Of a DNA stretch of 64,000 nucleotides, positions 18,942 through 28,599 are shown in pieces. The stretch is from an uncultured Pirellulales bacterium (GTDB lineage: Bacteria > Planctomycetota > Phycisphaerae > Sedimentisphaerales > Anaerobacaceae), in assembly GCA_964354535.1 (NCBI GenBank), contig CAYHAJ010000294.1:5067-69066 (forward strand). The letters are read 5' to 3'. Positions within the stretch are counted from its first letter, which is position 1; every line of letters begins with the position of its first letter. The position numbers and the translations under genes were made by a program. The notes under the pieces were generated by a model that saw only the letters and a list, made by a program, of their open reading frames with translations, was not told where the DNA came from and made no database searches.

Positions 18942-20390
18942 TCACAGGCACGCAATGTTGAGATTCTTGGCGGCGGCCACCTCATCGGGCCTGGAGACCG
19001 GTGTGGTCGCAGGGGCGGCCTTGAGCTTCTCCGGATCGTTTTGGGCCAGGGTCGCGATCTCGATCATCGCGTCGATGAACGCATCGAGCGTCTCTTTGCT
19101 CTCCGTTTCCGTCGGCTCGATCATGATCGCCTCGTGCACCGTGGTCGGGAAGTAGACCGTCGGCGGGTGGAAGCCATGATCGATCAGGGCCTTGGCGATA
19201 TCCAGGGCGTGGACGCCGTTTTCGGCCATCTTGTCCGTCGTCGTGAAGACACATTCGTGCTTGCAGATGCGATCGACCGCCGGCTGGTAGTATTCGCGCA
19301 GGCGGGCCCGAACGTAGTTCGCGTTGAGGACCGCCGATTCCGCGACGTGCCGCAGACCTTCTTTGCCCAGCATGAGAATGTAAACGTACGCCCGCACGAG
19401 GATACCGAAGTTGCCGTAGAACGGCGCGATGTACCCGATGGACTTCGGGCGGTCGTATTCCAGGGCGAAGGTGCCATCGTTGCGCTTGACCACGATGGAG
19501 ATCGGCAAGTACGGCAGGAGCTTTTCCTTCACGCCGACCGGGCCGGCCCCGGGACCGCCGCCACCGTGGGGCGTGGAGAAGGTCTTGTGCAGGTTCAGGT
19601 GCACCATATCGAAGCCGAAGTCACCCGGCCGGGCCTTGCCCACGATGGCGTTGAGATTCGCGCCGTCGTAGTAGGCGAGGCCGTCCACCGTATGGATCAG
19701 GTCACAGATTTCCTGGATGTGCGGATCGAACAGGCCGAACGTGCTGGGACAGGTGAGCATGATGCCCGCCACCTCGTCGTTCAAGGCGCGTTTGAGGGCG
19801 TCGAGATCCATGTCGCCGGAATCCGTGCTCGGAATCGACACCACGCGGTAGCCCGCAATCGCGGCACTGGCGGGATTCGTCCCGTGGGCGCTGTCCGGGG
19901 CGAGGACGATCCTCTTCTTGTTGCCCTTGTCGCGATGATAGGCAGCCATGATCATCATGCCGGTCAATTCGCCGTGCGCGCCGGCCAGCGGCTGCATCGT
20001 GAAGCCCGCCATGCCGGTGATTTCCCGCAGCAACAGGTCCATGTCGTACAGGATTGCCAGAGCCCCCTGTGTCAGCATGCCGCCCCGGCGCAGTTGCGGC
20101 AGCAGCGGGTGCACGTGTGCAAAGCCCGGATAGTTCGCCACCCGCTCGTTCACCTTTGGGTTGTACTTCATCGTACACGAGCCCAACGGGTAGAAATTCG
20201 TATCGACGCCGAAATTGCGGCGGGACAATTCCGTGAAGTGCCGGATCACGTCCAGCTCGCTCAACTCCGGCAGTTCGGCACTCGTCGGTCGCAGTCGGTC
20301 CTCGCGGATATGAATGCCCGTTGGCACATCGCTCGGCCCGGGCAGCACACCCGTCCGGCCGGGAACACTCTTTTCGAAAATCAGCTTCAT
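18942..20390 (-). CDS. gcvPB: Glycine dehydrogenase (decarboxylating) subunit 2
   Basis: The 482-aa product is colinear with GcvPB (NFYPLGSCTMKYNP, LNLHKTFSTPHGGGGPG). It is the last gene of the gcv operon. Confidence 0.95.
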   Translation of the reverse strand: MKLIFEKSVPGRTGVLPGPSDVPTGIHIREDRLRPTSAELPELSELDVIRHFTELSRRNFGVDTNFYPLGSCTMKYNPKVNERVANYPGFAHVHPLLPQLRRGGMLTQGALAILYDMDLLLREITGMAGFTMQPLAGAHGELTGMMIMAAYHRDKGNKKRIVLAPDSAHGTNPASAAIAGYRVVSIPSTDSGDMDLDALKRALNDEVAGIMLTCPSTFGLFDPHIQEICDLIHTVDGLAYYDGANLNAIVGKARPGDFGFDMVHLNLHKTFSTPHGGGGPGAGPVGVKEKLLPYLPISIVVKRNDGTFALEYDRPKSIGYIAPFYGNFGILVRAYVYILMLGKEGLRHVAESAVLNANYVRARLREYYQPAVDRICKHECVFTTTDKMAENGVHALDIAKALIDHGFHPPTVYFPTTVHEAIMIEPTETESKETLDAFIDAMIEIATLAQNDPEKLKAAPATTPVSRPDEVAAAKNLNIACL

Positions 20391-20474
20391 ACCATTCTCT
20401 CTATCGTGGGGTCGTGTCGCTCTTCGCAGGTCGTCGTCCTCGCACGACGTCTTGAGGCGAGCGGGACGCTCGCC

Positions 20475-21815
20475 CTACGAAGACTTGAGCACGCTCTCCA
20501 GCGCCTCGGCCAACATGCCGATTTGCTGCCTCGTTCGTTTCTCCGTGACACAGATCAGAATCGAGTTTTCCATGCCCTTGTAGTAGCGGCTCAGCGGGAA
20601 GCCGGCCGCGAAACCTCTCTCGATCAGTCGCGCGATCACATCGGCCGCCTCGCAGGGCAGGTCCAGCACAAACTCGTTGAAGAACCACTTCGCGCGGAAG
20701 TGCGGCTGCACGCCGGGGATCGCGGTTAGCCGCTGGTAAGCATAACTCGCCTTGTCCGCACAATGCTGAGCTGTCTGCTTGAGGCCTTCCTTGCCCACGA
20801 GGGACAGATAGGCCAACGCGGTCAGGGCACACAGGGCTTCATTGGAGCAGATATTCGACGTCGCCTTTTCCCGCCGGATGTGCTGCTCGCGAGCCTGAAG
20901 CGTCAGGACAAAGGCCCGCCGGCCTTCTCGGTCCTTCGTCTCGCCCACGATCCGACCCGGCATCTTGCGAACGTACTGCTTGCGGGAGGCCATCATCCCG
21001 AGGTACGGCCCGCCGAATGACATGGGCAACCCCAGGCTCTGGCCCTCGGCCGTGACAATGTCCGCTCCCATCGCGCCGGGCGTTTTCAAGATGCCCAACG
21101 AGATCGGATAGCACGAGACCAGCAGCAGCGCCCCTTTGTCATGGGCGGCCTGGGCGAGGTCCGTGAAATCGTCGATGCAGCCGAAGAAGTTGGGATTCTG
21201 CACGATGATGGCCGCGGTCTTATCGTCCAACCGGTCAAGAATCTCGGCGCGATTCGCCAAACCGTCGACGGAGCGCGTTTCTTCGAGATCGATCTGCAGA
21301 TTCCGCGTGTAGGAGTGCAGCATCACGCGATAGATGGGATTGACGCTGTCATCCACAATGACCTTGTTGCGGTCGGTGATCCGCAGGGCCATCATCATGG
21401 CTTCGTAGAGGGCCGTCCCGCCGTCGTAGAGCGAGGCGTTCGACACCTCCATGGCCGTGAGCCGGCAGACCGCCGACTGAAATTCATAGATCGCCTGGAG
21501 CGTCCCCTGGGAAACCTCCGGCTGGTACGGCGTGTAGGACGTGTAGAACTCGCTGCGGGAGATGATCGCGTAGATCGCCGAGGGGATGAAATGGTCGTAG
21601 AACCCGCCGCCCAGAAAGAGCGTCAGATCGATCGAGTTTTTGTCCGCCAAGTCGGCCAATCGCTCGCGGACCTCCTGCTCACTGAGCCCGTGCGGCAGGT
21701 TGAACGACCGGGCCATCAGCTCCGGCGGCACGTCACGGAACAAATCCTCCATCGTCAGGCCAATGGCAGCCAGCATCTCTTTCTGCTGCTCGGCTGTGTT
21801 CGGTATGAATTCCAT
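20475..21815 (-). CDS. gcvPA: Glycine dehydrogenase (decarboxylating) subunit 1
   Basis: ATG 21815 (MEFIPNTAEQQKEML) is preceded by GAGGA; the ORF-track start at 21824 is a TTG. The product is colinear with GcvPA (FLGGGFYDHFIP, TPYQPEVSQG). Confidence 0.95.
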   Translation of the reverse strand: MEFIPNTAEQQKEMLAAIGLTMEDLFRDVPPELMARSFNLPHGLSEQEVRERLADLADKNSIDLTLFLGGGFYDHFIPSAIYAIISRSEFYTSYTPYQPEVSQGTLQAIYEFQSAVCRLTAMEVSNASLYDGGTALYEAMMMALRITDRNKVIVDDSVNPIYRVMLHSYTRNLQIDLEETRSVDGLANRAEILDRLDDKTAAIIVQNPNFFGCIDDFTDLAQAAHDKGALLLVSCYPISLGILKTPGAMGADIVTAEGQSLGLPMSFGGPYLGMMASRKQYVRKMPGRIVGETKDREGRRAFVLTLQAREQHIRREKATSNICSNEALCALTALAYLSLVGKEGLKQTAQHCADKASYAYQRLTAIPGVQPHFRAKWFFNEFVLDLPCEAADVIARLIERGFAAGFPLSRYYKGMENSILICVTEKRTRQQIGMLAEALESVLKSS

Positions 21816-21905
21816 GTCTGTCAATTCCTCAAGTCGAACCGGAGACTCCCCCGCGTGTTGGCATTCCCGCGCAGGTGGGAAGCCAGAGGGCTACCGCACG
21901 GTCAT

Positions 21906-21930
21906 GGGCCCCCGCCTGCGCGGGGGTGAC
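21906..21930 (+). repeat. REP-like hairpin, family 2 (GGGCCCCCGCCTGCGCGGGGGTGAC)
   Basis: The stem is cccccgc/gcggggg with a 4-nt loop, in the gcvPA-gcvH spacer. Related copies occur at 22456-22480 (-), 54696-54720 (-), 51963-51984 (+), 53218-53239 (+) and 54744-54765 (+). Confidence 0.7.
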
Positions 21931-21971
21931 ATGTGGAGAGTAGCGCTGGTATCGTGTTCGTGTAAGCCTGC

Positions 21972-22355
21972 TCACAGTGTCTTCAGATATTCCTCGTATT
22001 TCTTCGCGTCCATCAGGCCCTGGAGGGACATCTTGTCGGTAATCTTCAGCTTGCAGATCCACCCGCCACCGTAGCAGTCTTCGTTGAGCAATTCTGGCTT
22101 CGACGCCAGCTCGGCATTAACCTCGGTGACCTTGCCGGCGACTGGACAATACACGTCCGCGGCCGCCTTCGAGCTTTCGACCACGGCCAATTCCTTGTGC
22201 ACACCGAACTCTTTGCCCACCTTGGGCGGCTCCACGAACACGATCTCGCCCAACTGCTCTTGGGCATAGTCCGTGATCCCGATGGTCGCCGTGTCGCCCT
22301 CGACCTTCGCCCACTCGTGATCTTTCGTATAAAGTAATCCCTGCTGCACTGCCAT
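21972..22355 (-). CDS. gcvH: Glycine cleavage system H protein
   Basis: ATG 22355 is preceded by AAGGAG. The product has the lipoyl-Lys motif (VVESSKAAADVYCPVAGKV) and is 127 aa. Confidence 0.95.
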   Translation of the reverse strand: MAVQQGLLYTKDHEWAKVEGDTATIGITDYAQEQLGEIVFVEPPKVGKEFGVHKELAVVESSKAAADVYCPVAGKVTEVNAELASKPELLNEDCYGGGWICKLKITDKMSLQGLMDAKKYEEYLKTL

Positions 22356-22488
22356 ACTCGTCGTCTCCTTCGTGGCACGGGCTTGGGTTCCCCAACGCTT
22401 CTTCCCGCGTTTGGCGTCCCCTTCCAGCCCGTGATCCTTCTCCATGGGCAGAGCTTGCCCCCGCGCAGGCGGGGGATGCCCATGCCAC

Positions 22489-23796
22489 TCAAAACTTCGC
22501 GAACCTGCTCACCACCGTTCCCGCGAGATCCGCCGGCATTTTCCGCCCTTTCTCTGCGGACTCGGCCCTGCCCTGCTCAACTTGGCTCGGACTGCGGGCC
22601 AGGTAGTACACGCCCACGTTTGTTCCCTCCCGCGTGACCTCCCGGTCCACATAGGCGAGGGCATACTGCTTCTCCTCGGCTTTCGCGGCACTGAGCACCC
22701 AGCCGACACAGATTCCCTGCTGGTTCAGGATCGGATCATCCTGCCGGATCGGGCGAACGCCGCGCGTCGCCGGCAGCTCGATCCGCGCGACCTCCATGTC
22801 ATAGGTCTCGGCCACCTGTTGCATCGCCGCTTTGCCGATGAAGAACTCCTTGTCGAGCTTGACCGCCCAGCCGTAACCCGCCTCGAAGGGCGAGAGGTCG
22901 AATTTGCCGTCGAGCTCGTGCCCATAGAGCGGCAGGCCCGCTTCGATTCGCAGACTGTCGCGGGCCCCCAAGCCACAGGGGAGAACTCCCAGAGGCTGCC
23001 CTGCTTCGAGGATCAGATTCCACAGGCGCGGCGTCTGCTTCGGATCGGCAAAGAGCTCGACACCCACGGTCGAGCCCGTGTAGCCCGTTCGGCAGATCAG
23101 GCAGTCGATGCCCGCGAGTCGCTCTTCGACGAACGCAAAACCCTTCAGGGCGGAGATCCGCGCCACGACCGCGGCATCGTCCGTCAATTTCGCGAGCGTA
23201 TCGATCGACGCCGGACCTTGCAGGGCGATGTCCACCCGCCGGTCCTTGGTCCGAGGGGGGTCGCGCATGTCCCAGATGTCCACCCGCAAGGCGGAAAGCC
23301 TCGCGCCCCACGCGGACTCCTCGCTATCTGCTGTCGCCCGACCTTCCCTCAACTCGTGCAGGTAGGACTTGATCTTCGGCTCGTTCGCCGCGTTGACCAC
23401 GACCATGAAGTTGGTCTCGCCCCGGCGGTAGATGATGATGTCGTCGAGGACGTAGCCCGCCGCATCGAGGATATAGCCGTACCGCGCTCGGCCGACTTTC
23501 AGGCCGGGGACCTCGTTCGTCGTGACGAGATTGAGAAACTCCGCCGCATCCGGCCCCAAGACCTCCAACACGCCCATGTGCGTGCAGTCAAACAGCCCCG
23601 CCCGTTCACGGACCGCCCGATGTTCCTCGGCAATCGACGAATACCACAGCGGCATCAGATAGCCGGCAAAAGCCGCGATATGAGACTTGCCCGTCCGCTT
23701 CAGATGTTCCTGATAGAGCACGCTCGGTCCCGGCTCGATCGCACGTTCGTCGAATACGAACCGGCCGCTCGACACACGTCCCTGCACGATGCACAC
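22489..23796 (-). CDS. gcvT: Glycine cleavage system aminomethyltransferase (long form)
   Basis: GTG 23796 is preceded by AAGGAG (8-nt spacer). The product has GcvT blocks: YLMPLWYSSIAEEHRAVRERAGLFD, CRTGYTG, GLGARDSLRIEAG. Confidence 0.9.
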   Translation of the reverse strand: MCIVQGRVSSGRFVFDERAIEPGPSVLYQEHLKRTGKSHIAAFAGYLMPLWYSSIAEEHRAVRERAGLFDCTHMGVLEVLGPDAAEFLNLVTTNEVPGLKVGRARYGYILDAAGYVLDDIIIYRRGETNFMVVVNAANEPKIKSYLHELREGRATADSEESAWGARLSALRVDIWDMRDPPRTKDRRVDIALQGPASIDTLAKLTDDAAVVARISALKGFAFVEERLAGIDCLICRTGYTGSTVGVELFADPKQTPRLWNLILEAGQPLGVLPCGLGARDSLRIEAGLPLYGHELDGKFDLSPFEAGYGWAVKLDKEFFIGKAAMQQVAETYDMEVARIELPATRGVRPIRQDDPILNQQGICVGWVLSAAKAEEKQYALAYVDREVTREGTNVGVYYLARSPSQVEQGRAESAEKGRKMPADLAGTVVSRFAKF

Positions 23797-23825
23797 TCCT
23801 TTCCGACCCCGGCATCGAAATCTTC

Positions 23826-23853
23826 AGCATAAGCGAAATCCCCCCGCCGTCAA
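23826..23853 (-). promoter_or_regulatory. Possible sigma70-type promoter of the gcv operon
   Basis: The minus strand reads TTGACG, a 16-nt spacer, then TATGCT, about 30 nt upstream of the gcvT start. Pattern match only. Confidence 0.35.
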
Positions 23854-23971
23854 GGGATTTCGTGCGATTTGCTTTTTCCGCCCAGCCGGTAGCGTGGAGA
23901 CTCGCGTCTGTGTAGAATGGCAAACGTCCAAACGGTGCAATGATCTGGGGATTGACAGGAACGCAGAAGAC

Positions 23972-24964
23972 ATGGACCGCCGCAATTTCCTCAAGACATG
24001 TGCCTTTACCACCGGTGTCGTTGGCTTGAGCCTGGAAGAGAAAGCCCTTCTCGCCCAAGAGGCGAAAGCCAGGGAATCCAAGTCGCCTGCCGCCTCGATC
24101 GCCCTGCCGATGGGCCGGATCGGCAAGCTCAAGATCAGCCGGCTCATCTGTGGCGGCAATCTCATCAATGGGTACGCCCATGCCCGCGACATGATCTACA
24201 TCTCCGAGTTGCTCAAGCACTATTTCACCGACGAGAAGATCATCCAGACCTGGGAGCTGTGCGAGCAGTGCGGCATCAACACGATGATCTCCACCATTGA
24301 CGATCCGTATGCCAACGGCGCCGACCCCACCGGCCGGACCATCAAGAAATACTGGGACGAGCGCGGCGGCCAGATCCAGTGGCTGGCCCAGTTCTTCCCC
24401 CGGCCCAATGACCCGCTCACCAAGCTCCAGATGGCCATCGACGCCGGCGCCCAGGGGGCTTTCATCCAGGGCGAGATGGGCGACCGCCTGACCCAGCAAG
24501 GCCGCCTGGACCTGGTCGCCAAGGTCATCGAGCACGCGCAGAAGAACGGCCTGATCGCCGGCGTCGCGTGCCACTCTATCGAGGTTCCCATCGCCTGCGA
24601 AAAGGCGGGCATACCGGTCGATTTCTACATGAAGACCTTGCACAGCCCCAATTACTGGTCCGCCACGCCCGAGGAAAGGCAAGGCCCCTTCGATCTGCCC
24701 CGGCACGACAACATGTGGTGCATGGAGCCGGAGAAAACGATCGAGTTCATGAAGACCTGCGCGAAGCCCTGGATCGCCTACAAGGTCCTGGCAGCCGGCG
24801 CCATCCAGCCTCTCAACGGCTTCAGATACGCCTTCGAGAACGGCGCCGATTTTGCCTGCGTCGGCAGGTGTGACTTCCAGGTCCGCGAAGACGCGATCAT
24901 CGCGAACAAGGTCCTGACCAACCTGACCCGCCCGCGTCCTTGGAGAGGGGAAGAACAAGGATGA
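23972..24964 (+). CDS. Tat-signal hypothetical protein
   Basis: ATG 23972 gives MDRRNFLKTCAFTTGVVGLS, a twin-arginine motif. The product is 330 aa and no family was recognised. The upstream part of the listed ORF overlaps gcvT and was discarded. Confidence 0.7.
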   Translation: MDRRNFLKTCAFTTGVVGLSLEEKALLAQEAKARESKSPAASIALPMGRIGKLKISRLICGGNLINGYAHARDMIYISELLKHYFTDEKIIQTWELCEQCGINTMISTIDDPYANGADPTGRTIKKYWDERGGQIQWLAQFFPRPNDPLTKLQMAIDAGAQGAFIQGEMGDRLTQQGRLDLVAKVIEHAQKNGLIAGVACHSIEVPIACEKAGIPVDFYMKTLHSPNYWSATPEERQGPFDLPRHDNMWCMEPEKTIEFMKTCAKPWIAYKVLAAGAIQPLNGFRYAFENGADFACVGRCDFQVREDAIIANKVLTNLTRPRPWRGEEQG

Positions 24965-24989
24965 CGACTGATTCGTTTGCCGATGTGCT

Positions 24990-25757
24990 CTACTTCTTCG
25001 GGTAGAATACCCCGAGGACCATGAATTGGTTTCGAAAACGCGCCATGTTGCCCACATAGAAGTGGACATCGTTGGTTTCGGCGCACATGAGCGTTAACCA
25101 CCGTTCACGTATCTTCTCGAGCAGAATGTCCTCCTGCTCATACCTGCGTCTCCAATCCCTGTATGCCTGCCCAATTTCCCAGTCAATGATCGACAACTTG
25201 TGCCCGGGGCAGTCTTCGACGCCGGTGCATCGGAAGTGAAAATAAAAATCGAAGGGGATATCTTCAATCGTATGCTTCTGCTTGTCAAAGAATGAGAGTT
25301 GCGCGTAGCATGCTTCCCGTTCGGCTTGGCTTTGCCGTTTGGACCTATTCCAAGAGAAATCGATTTGGCTGGGCTTGAACGTGCCCAGAGACCTCCCCTT
25401 CGCAGCCTCCGTAAGAATCTGGCAGAACGAAGGGGATGACGTCGGGAGAACGATCTCTTTGCGCTGACGCCAGTCGTTTTGGGTGTCGAGCCATCTCACG
25501 ACCCGTATGCTATCACGATCGATTTTGTAGCTTTCCAGTCGTGTGTCATCACTAGCTTTTCTGCACCGAACCTCGATAATCGTGTACTTTTTGAACTTCT
25601 GAGAAGAATCCAAGTCCCTGTAGGGAACCGGATACAGCCTGATCCAAGAATGGGCCTCCAGATCGATCCCCGCACAGCAGACTGTCTCGCCGTATTTCTT
25701 GCTCGGATTCGGATATGCTTTGACAGTGATTAGAACTTGCTTTGTCTCAAGCGACAT
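24990..25757 (-). CDS. Hypothetical Cys-rich protein, second gene of a DUF488 cassette
   Basis: ATG 25757 is preceded by GAGGGAG, 12 nt after the DUF488 stop. The product starts MSLETKQVLITVKAYPNPSKKYGETVCCAGID and contains HFRCTGVEDCPGHKLSIIDWEIG. The DNA is visibly AT-richer than the flanks. No family name recognised. Confidence 0.75.
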   Translation of the reverse strand: MSLETKQVLITVKAYPNPSKKYGETVCCAGIDLEAHSWIRLYPVPYRDLDSSQKFKKYTIIEVRCRKASDDTRLESYKIDRDSIRVVRWLDTQNDWRQRKEIVLPTSSPSFCQILTEAAKGRSLGTFKPSQIDFSWNRSKRQSQAEREACYAQLSFFDKQKHTIEDIPFDFYFHFRCTGVEDCPGHKLSIIDWEIGQAYRDWRRRYEQEDILLEKIRERWLTLMCAETNDVHFYVGNMARFRNQFMVLGVFYPKK

Positions 25758-25769
25758 TCTCTCCCTCTT

Positions 25770-26219
25770 TCAATCGACTTTCAGGTGTCTCACCTCCAAC
25801 CCATTCCCGTCCCGCTCCTTGATCTTGCTGGCGACGATCTTCCTATGGCACATGGCAGCCAGTTTCTCGTAGCACATCAGACAGCATGTCATGCTGCCAA
25901 TGTAGGCGTATGCTCGTTCGATTCCCTCGGTTTGGGTCGCGAGATACTCCTCTATTTCGCGGAAGAATTTGCCATAGTCGTGACCCAATTTGAGTTCTTC
26001 TCTTACCGCACCCGGACTCCCAAGCTCCTTGAAGTGAACGTAGCGAATACCCCTGTCTTCGAGCGCTCGCGAGAGCGGGGTCTTCGAGAATCCCCTCTTT
26101 CGAGAAAACGGGATCTCTCTGATGTCGAGAAGGCACTCAACTGCATTCCTCTCAAGACAATCGAGAAATCCTTGAAGGTCTGCACCTTCATAGCCAATTG
26201 TGAAGAGCTGTGTACTCAT
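25770..26219 (-). CDS. DUF488 domain protein
   Basis: MSTQLFTIGYEGADLQGFLDCL..NAVECLLDIREIPFSRKRGFSK..L...L...GI.YVH...LG...CCLMCYEKLAAMCHRKIVA matches the DUF488 (YeaO-like) pattern. Confidence 0.85.
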   Translation of the reverse strand: MSTQLFTIGYEGADLQGFLDCLERNAVECLLDIREIPFSRKRGFSKTPLSRALEDRGIRYVHFKELGSPGAVREELKLGHDYGKFFREIEEYLATQTEGIERAYAYIGSMTCCLMCYEKLAAMCHRKIVASKIKERDGNGLEVRHLKVD

Positions 26220-26495
26220 GAACAGATCAATCGGATAATCGTCGAACGGGCCTCATCCGATTCTTCGACAAATCCGTTCCAGAACTCCAGTCTTTCTGCT
26301 ACCACCGCATTCGTGCTTGCGGACTCTATCATACGCAAGCTCATCCCGTCCAGTTCTCTCGGGGTCACTCGGCACTATCGTCAACAAAGATTGTATCGGA
26401 CCCGCGACAGAATCGTCCAGCATGTTGTCGGCTTGGGAGCCGGATTTCTGGCGGCTAGATGGACTGACAGAAGCCGTTCCCCATGCGTGGCGACT

Positions 26496-27374
26496 TCATT
26501 CGGCCGTGTAAGTCTTTCGGGCGAGCGGCTCGGTGACGATTCCCTCGCGGGTAACGAACGTCAGGCGGTGGGACTGCCGGTGGGAGCCGTCGACGGCGGA
26601 ATAGACGCCGAAGTGCAGGTGCGGGAGGGTCGAGTAGCCGGTGTTGCCGGAGATGGCGATGGCTTGGCCGGCGGTGACCCGAGCGTCGATCTCGACGAGC
26701 ACGCCGTCATATTTGAGATGCTGATACTCTGCGATGGTGCCATCGACGTGTGCGATCGATACGTAGTTGCATTCGTCCTGGTATTTCTTGTCCGGCCCGC
26801 CGGTCTTCGAGGACTCCTTGAGGTCCACCACGACGCCGTCCCGAGCGGCACAGACGGTCGTTCCCTCCGGCATGGCAAAATCCACGGCGTACTGATCCTG
26901 GCCCCGGTGGCTCCATCGGCCATTGTACCCCTGGCTCACCCGATAGGTCGCACTCTTCTGGAGAGGAAGCCGATAGCGGGTTTCGTCATTGTGACGGGCA
27001 GACATACTGCCCTTCGCCCAGCGGAGGTTACATCGCCACCGCCACGGCTTGGTCGGGTCGATAGCGGAGATTCGGGCGGCCTCGGTCTGCGCATGGCCCA
27101 GGCACGTAGTGGTCTCAGGAGTGATTCGCGTGACCTGGGCATTCTCCGTATGAATCGTCAGAGTCACGGTCACGTCATAGGCCTGGCGGTTCTCAATGCT
27201 GAGGCTGACACCGCTCGGCGTCGCGACCCGCCTGATGCGCACGGCGTTCCGAGCACCGGAGGTTTCGCCGGCGGACAGAATCGAAAACGGGACCATCACC
27301 GCGAAGACAACGGCCCCACCCATCGATGGGATCCATGGGAAGGAGGCGTCCGTTCTCACTCGCCGATTCGCCAT
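26496..27374 (-). CDS. M23 family metallopeptidase
   Basis: ATG 27374 (MANRRVR) is followed by a TM/signal segment. The M23 motifs are SHRGQDQYAVDF, VSIAHVDG and NTGYSTLPHLHFGV. Confidence 0.85.
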   Translation of the reverse strand: MANRRVRTDASFPWIPSMGGAVVFAVMVPFSILSAGETSGARNAVRIRRVATPSGVSLSIENRQAYDVTVTLTIHTENAQVTRITPETTTCLGHAQTEAARISAIDPTKPWRWRCNLRWAKGSMSARHNDETRYRLPLQKSATYRVSQGYNGRWSHRGQDQYAVDFAMPEGTTVCAARDGVVVDLKESSKTGGPDKKYQDECNYVSIAHVDGTIAEYQHLKYDGVLVEIDARVTAGQAIAISGNTGYSTLPHLHFGVYSAVDGSHRQSHRLTFVTREGIVTEPLARKTYTAE

Positions 27375-27582
27375 TTGCCTGTACACTCCCCGGAGCACCC
27401 TGTACACCTGTGCACGACAGTTGCTCCATACTCTCGTATCATACTACGCCCGGGATAGTAAGACGTTGTCGGGTGCTGAGAGAGTCATTATAGTTGGCGG
27501 CACAGGTTGGCTGCCCCGACGCCTGACCAGAGGCCGGCAGGTTCGGAAATGAAGATGCGTGGAACGAGTGAAAGGAACCGTC

Positions 27583-28383
27583 ATGCGCCGTTGTCGTTTC
27601 GTTGCCCTCATCGTTGTCGCAATCGGTGCCGCTATATTGCTGATCTGTTCGGCCACGGCGGTTGCGGTGGAGTTGGTCAAGGCCAAGGATGGGTCGGGGA
27701 TCGTGGGGTATAAGGATACGCCAATCCTGCCATGGTGTGGGTACCACGTCCATGACCCGGATCGCCCGGCCCCGCGAAAGATCCAGCCGGGACTGCCCGG
27801 TGGTGCCCCTTCGGATGCGGTCGTCCTGTTCGATGGCACGAACCTGTCGAAGTGGCAAGACTCCAAATGGACGATCGAGAATCGCGAGATCGTCGCCGGG
27901 CCGGGCAGCCTGACGACGAAGGACTCCTTCGGCGATTGCCAACTGCACCTGGAATGGCAGGCTCCGAACCCGCCGGTGGGCGACGACTGGGACCACGGCA
28001 ATAACGGTGTCATGCTGATGGGCCTGTTCGAGATTCAGATCTTCGATACATACACGACGCCCCTCTATCCGGACGGCCAGGCGGCTTCCGTCTACGGCCA
28101 AACGCCGCCGCTGGTCAACGCCTGCCGCTCGCCGGGCCAGTGGCAGACCTACGACATCATCTTCTACACCCCGGTCTTCCAGGACAGCAAGCTCATCAGC
28201 TCCGCCCGCGTCACGATGTTGCACAACGGCGTCCTCGTCCACCACAACCAGGAGGTCTGCGGTCCGACCGGCCACCGCATCCTGGCCAAATACGATAAGC
28301 CCATCGAGCCGAAGCAGCCCCTGGTCCTCTCCGGCCACAATAACCCGGTCCGCTTCCGCAACATCTGGATCCGGCCGCTGTAA
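27583..28383 (+). CDS. DUF1080 (3-keto-disaccharide hydrolase-like) domain protein, secreted
   Basis: ATG 27583 (MRRCRFVALIVVAIGAAILL). The DUF1080 pattern is VLFDGTNLSKWQ...FGDCQLHLEW...NNGVML...EIQIFD...PGQWQTYDIIF...LHNGVLV...IRFRNIWIRPL. Confidence 0.85.
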   Translation: MRRCRFVALIVVAIGAAILLICSATAVAVELVKAKDGSGIVGYKDTPILPWCGYHVHDPDRPAPRKIQPGLPGGAPSDAVVLFDGTNLSKWQDSKWTIENREIVAGPGSLTTKDSFGDCQLHLEWQAPNPPVGDDWDHGNNGVMLMGLFEIQIFDTYTTPLYPDGQAASVYGQTPPLVNACRSPGQWQTYDIIFYTPVFQDSKLISSARVTMLHNGVLVHHNQEVCGPTGHRILAKYDKPIEPKQPLVLSGHNNPVRFRNIWIRPL

Positions 28384-28599
28384 CAGAACTCGTGGCGAGG
28401 GCGTCTTGCCTTTGCGCGTTCCCTTTGAAGCACGACGACTGCAAGGGCGGGACGCCCTCGCCACACCGGCCGTAGCGTGCGCCGGGTGTCACCGCCAGAC
28501 TCGTTGGATGGTGCGCTCTCAATTGAGCCTCCGCGCCCGGAGGCCACGGGCAAACGAGTCTGCCCGTGCCACCCATCACAGCCCCCCGTCGATGTGCAC

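Noticed and set aside
19041-20729. 562-aa ORF antisense to gcvPB/gcvPA, and similar long antisense ORFs
   Set aside because: These are shadow ORFs typical of high-GC DNA. The others are 22444-23832, 23606-25069, 29287-30900, 33261-34892, 42135-44270, 54962-55972, 27439-28464, 14214-15170 and 11370-12317. All lie opposite genes with strong family matches, and their products are Arg/Gly/Pro/Ala-rich with no motifs.
23797-23971. Glycine riboswitch upstream of gcvT
   Set aside because: Reading the minus strand, I could not find the conserved GGAGAG, ACCGAAGGGGCAA or CUCUGGAGAG-type cores. Only a promoter-like TTGACG/TATGCT and an AAGGAG RBS are evident.
25737-27458. 573-aa plus-strand ORF
   Set aside because: It runs antisense to DUF488 and the M23 peptidase, both of which have clear family motifs.
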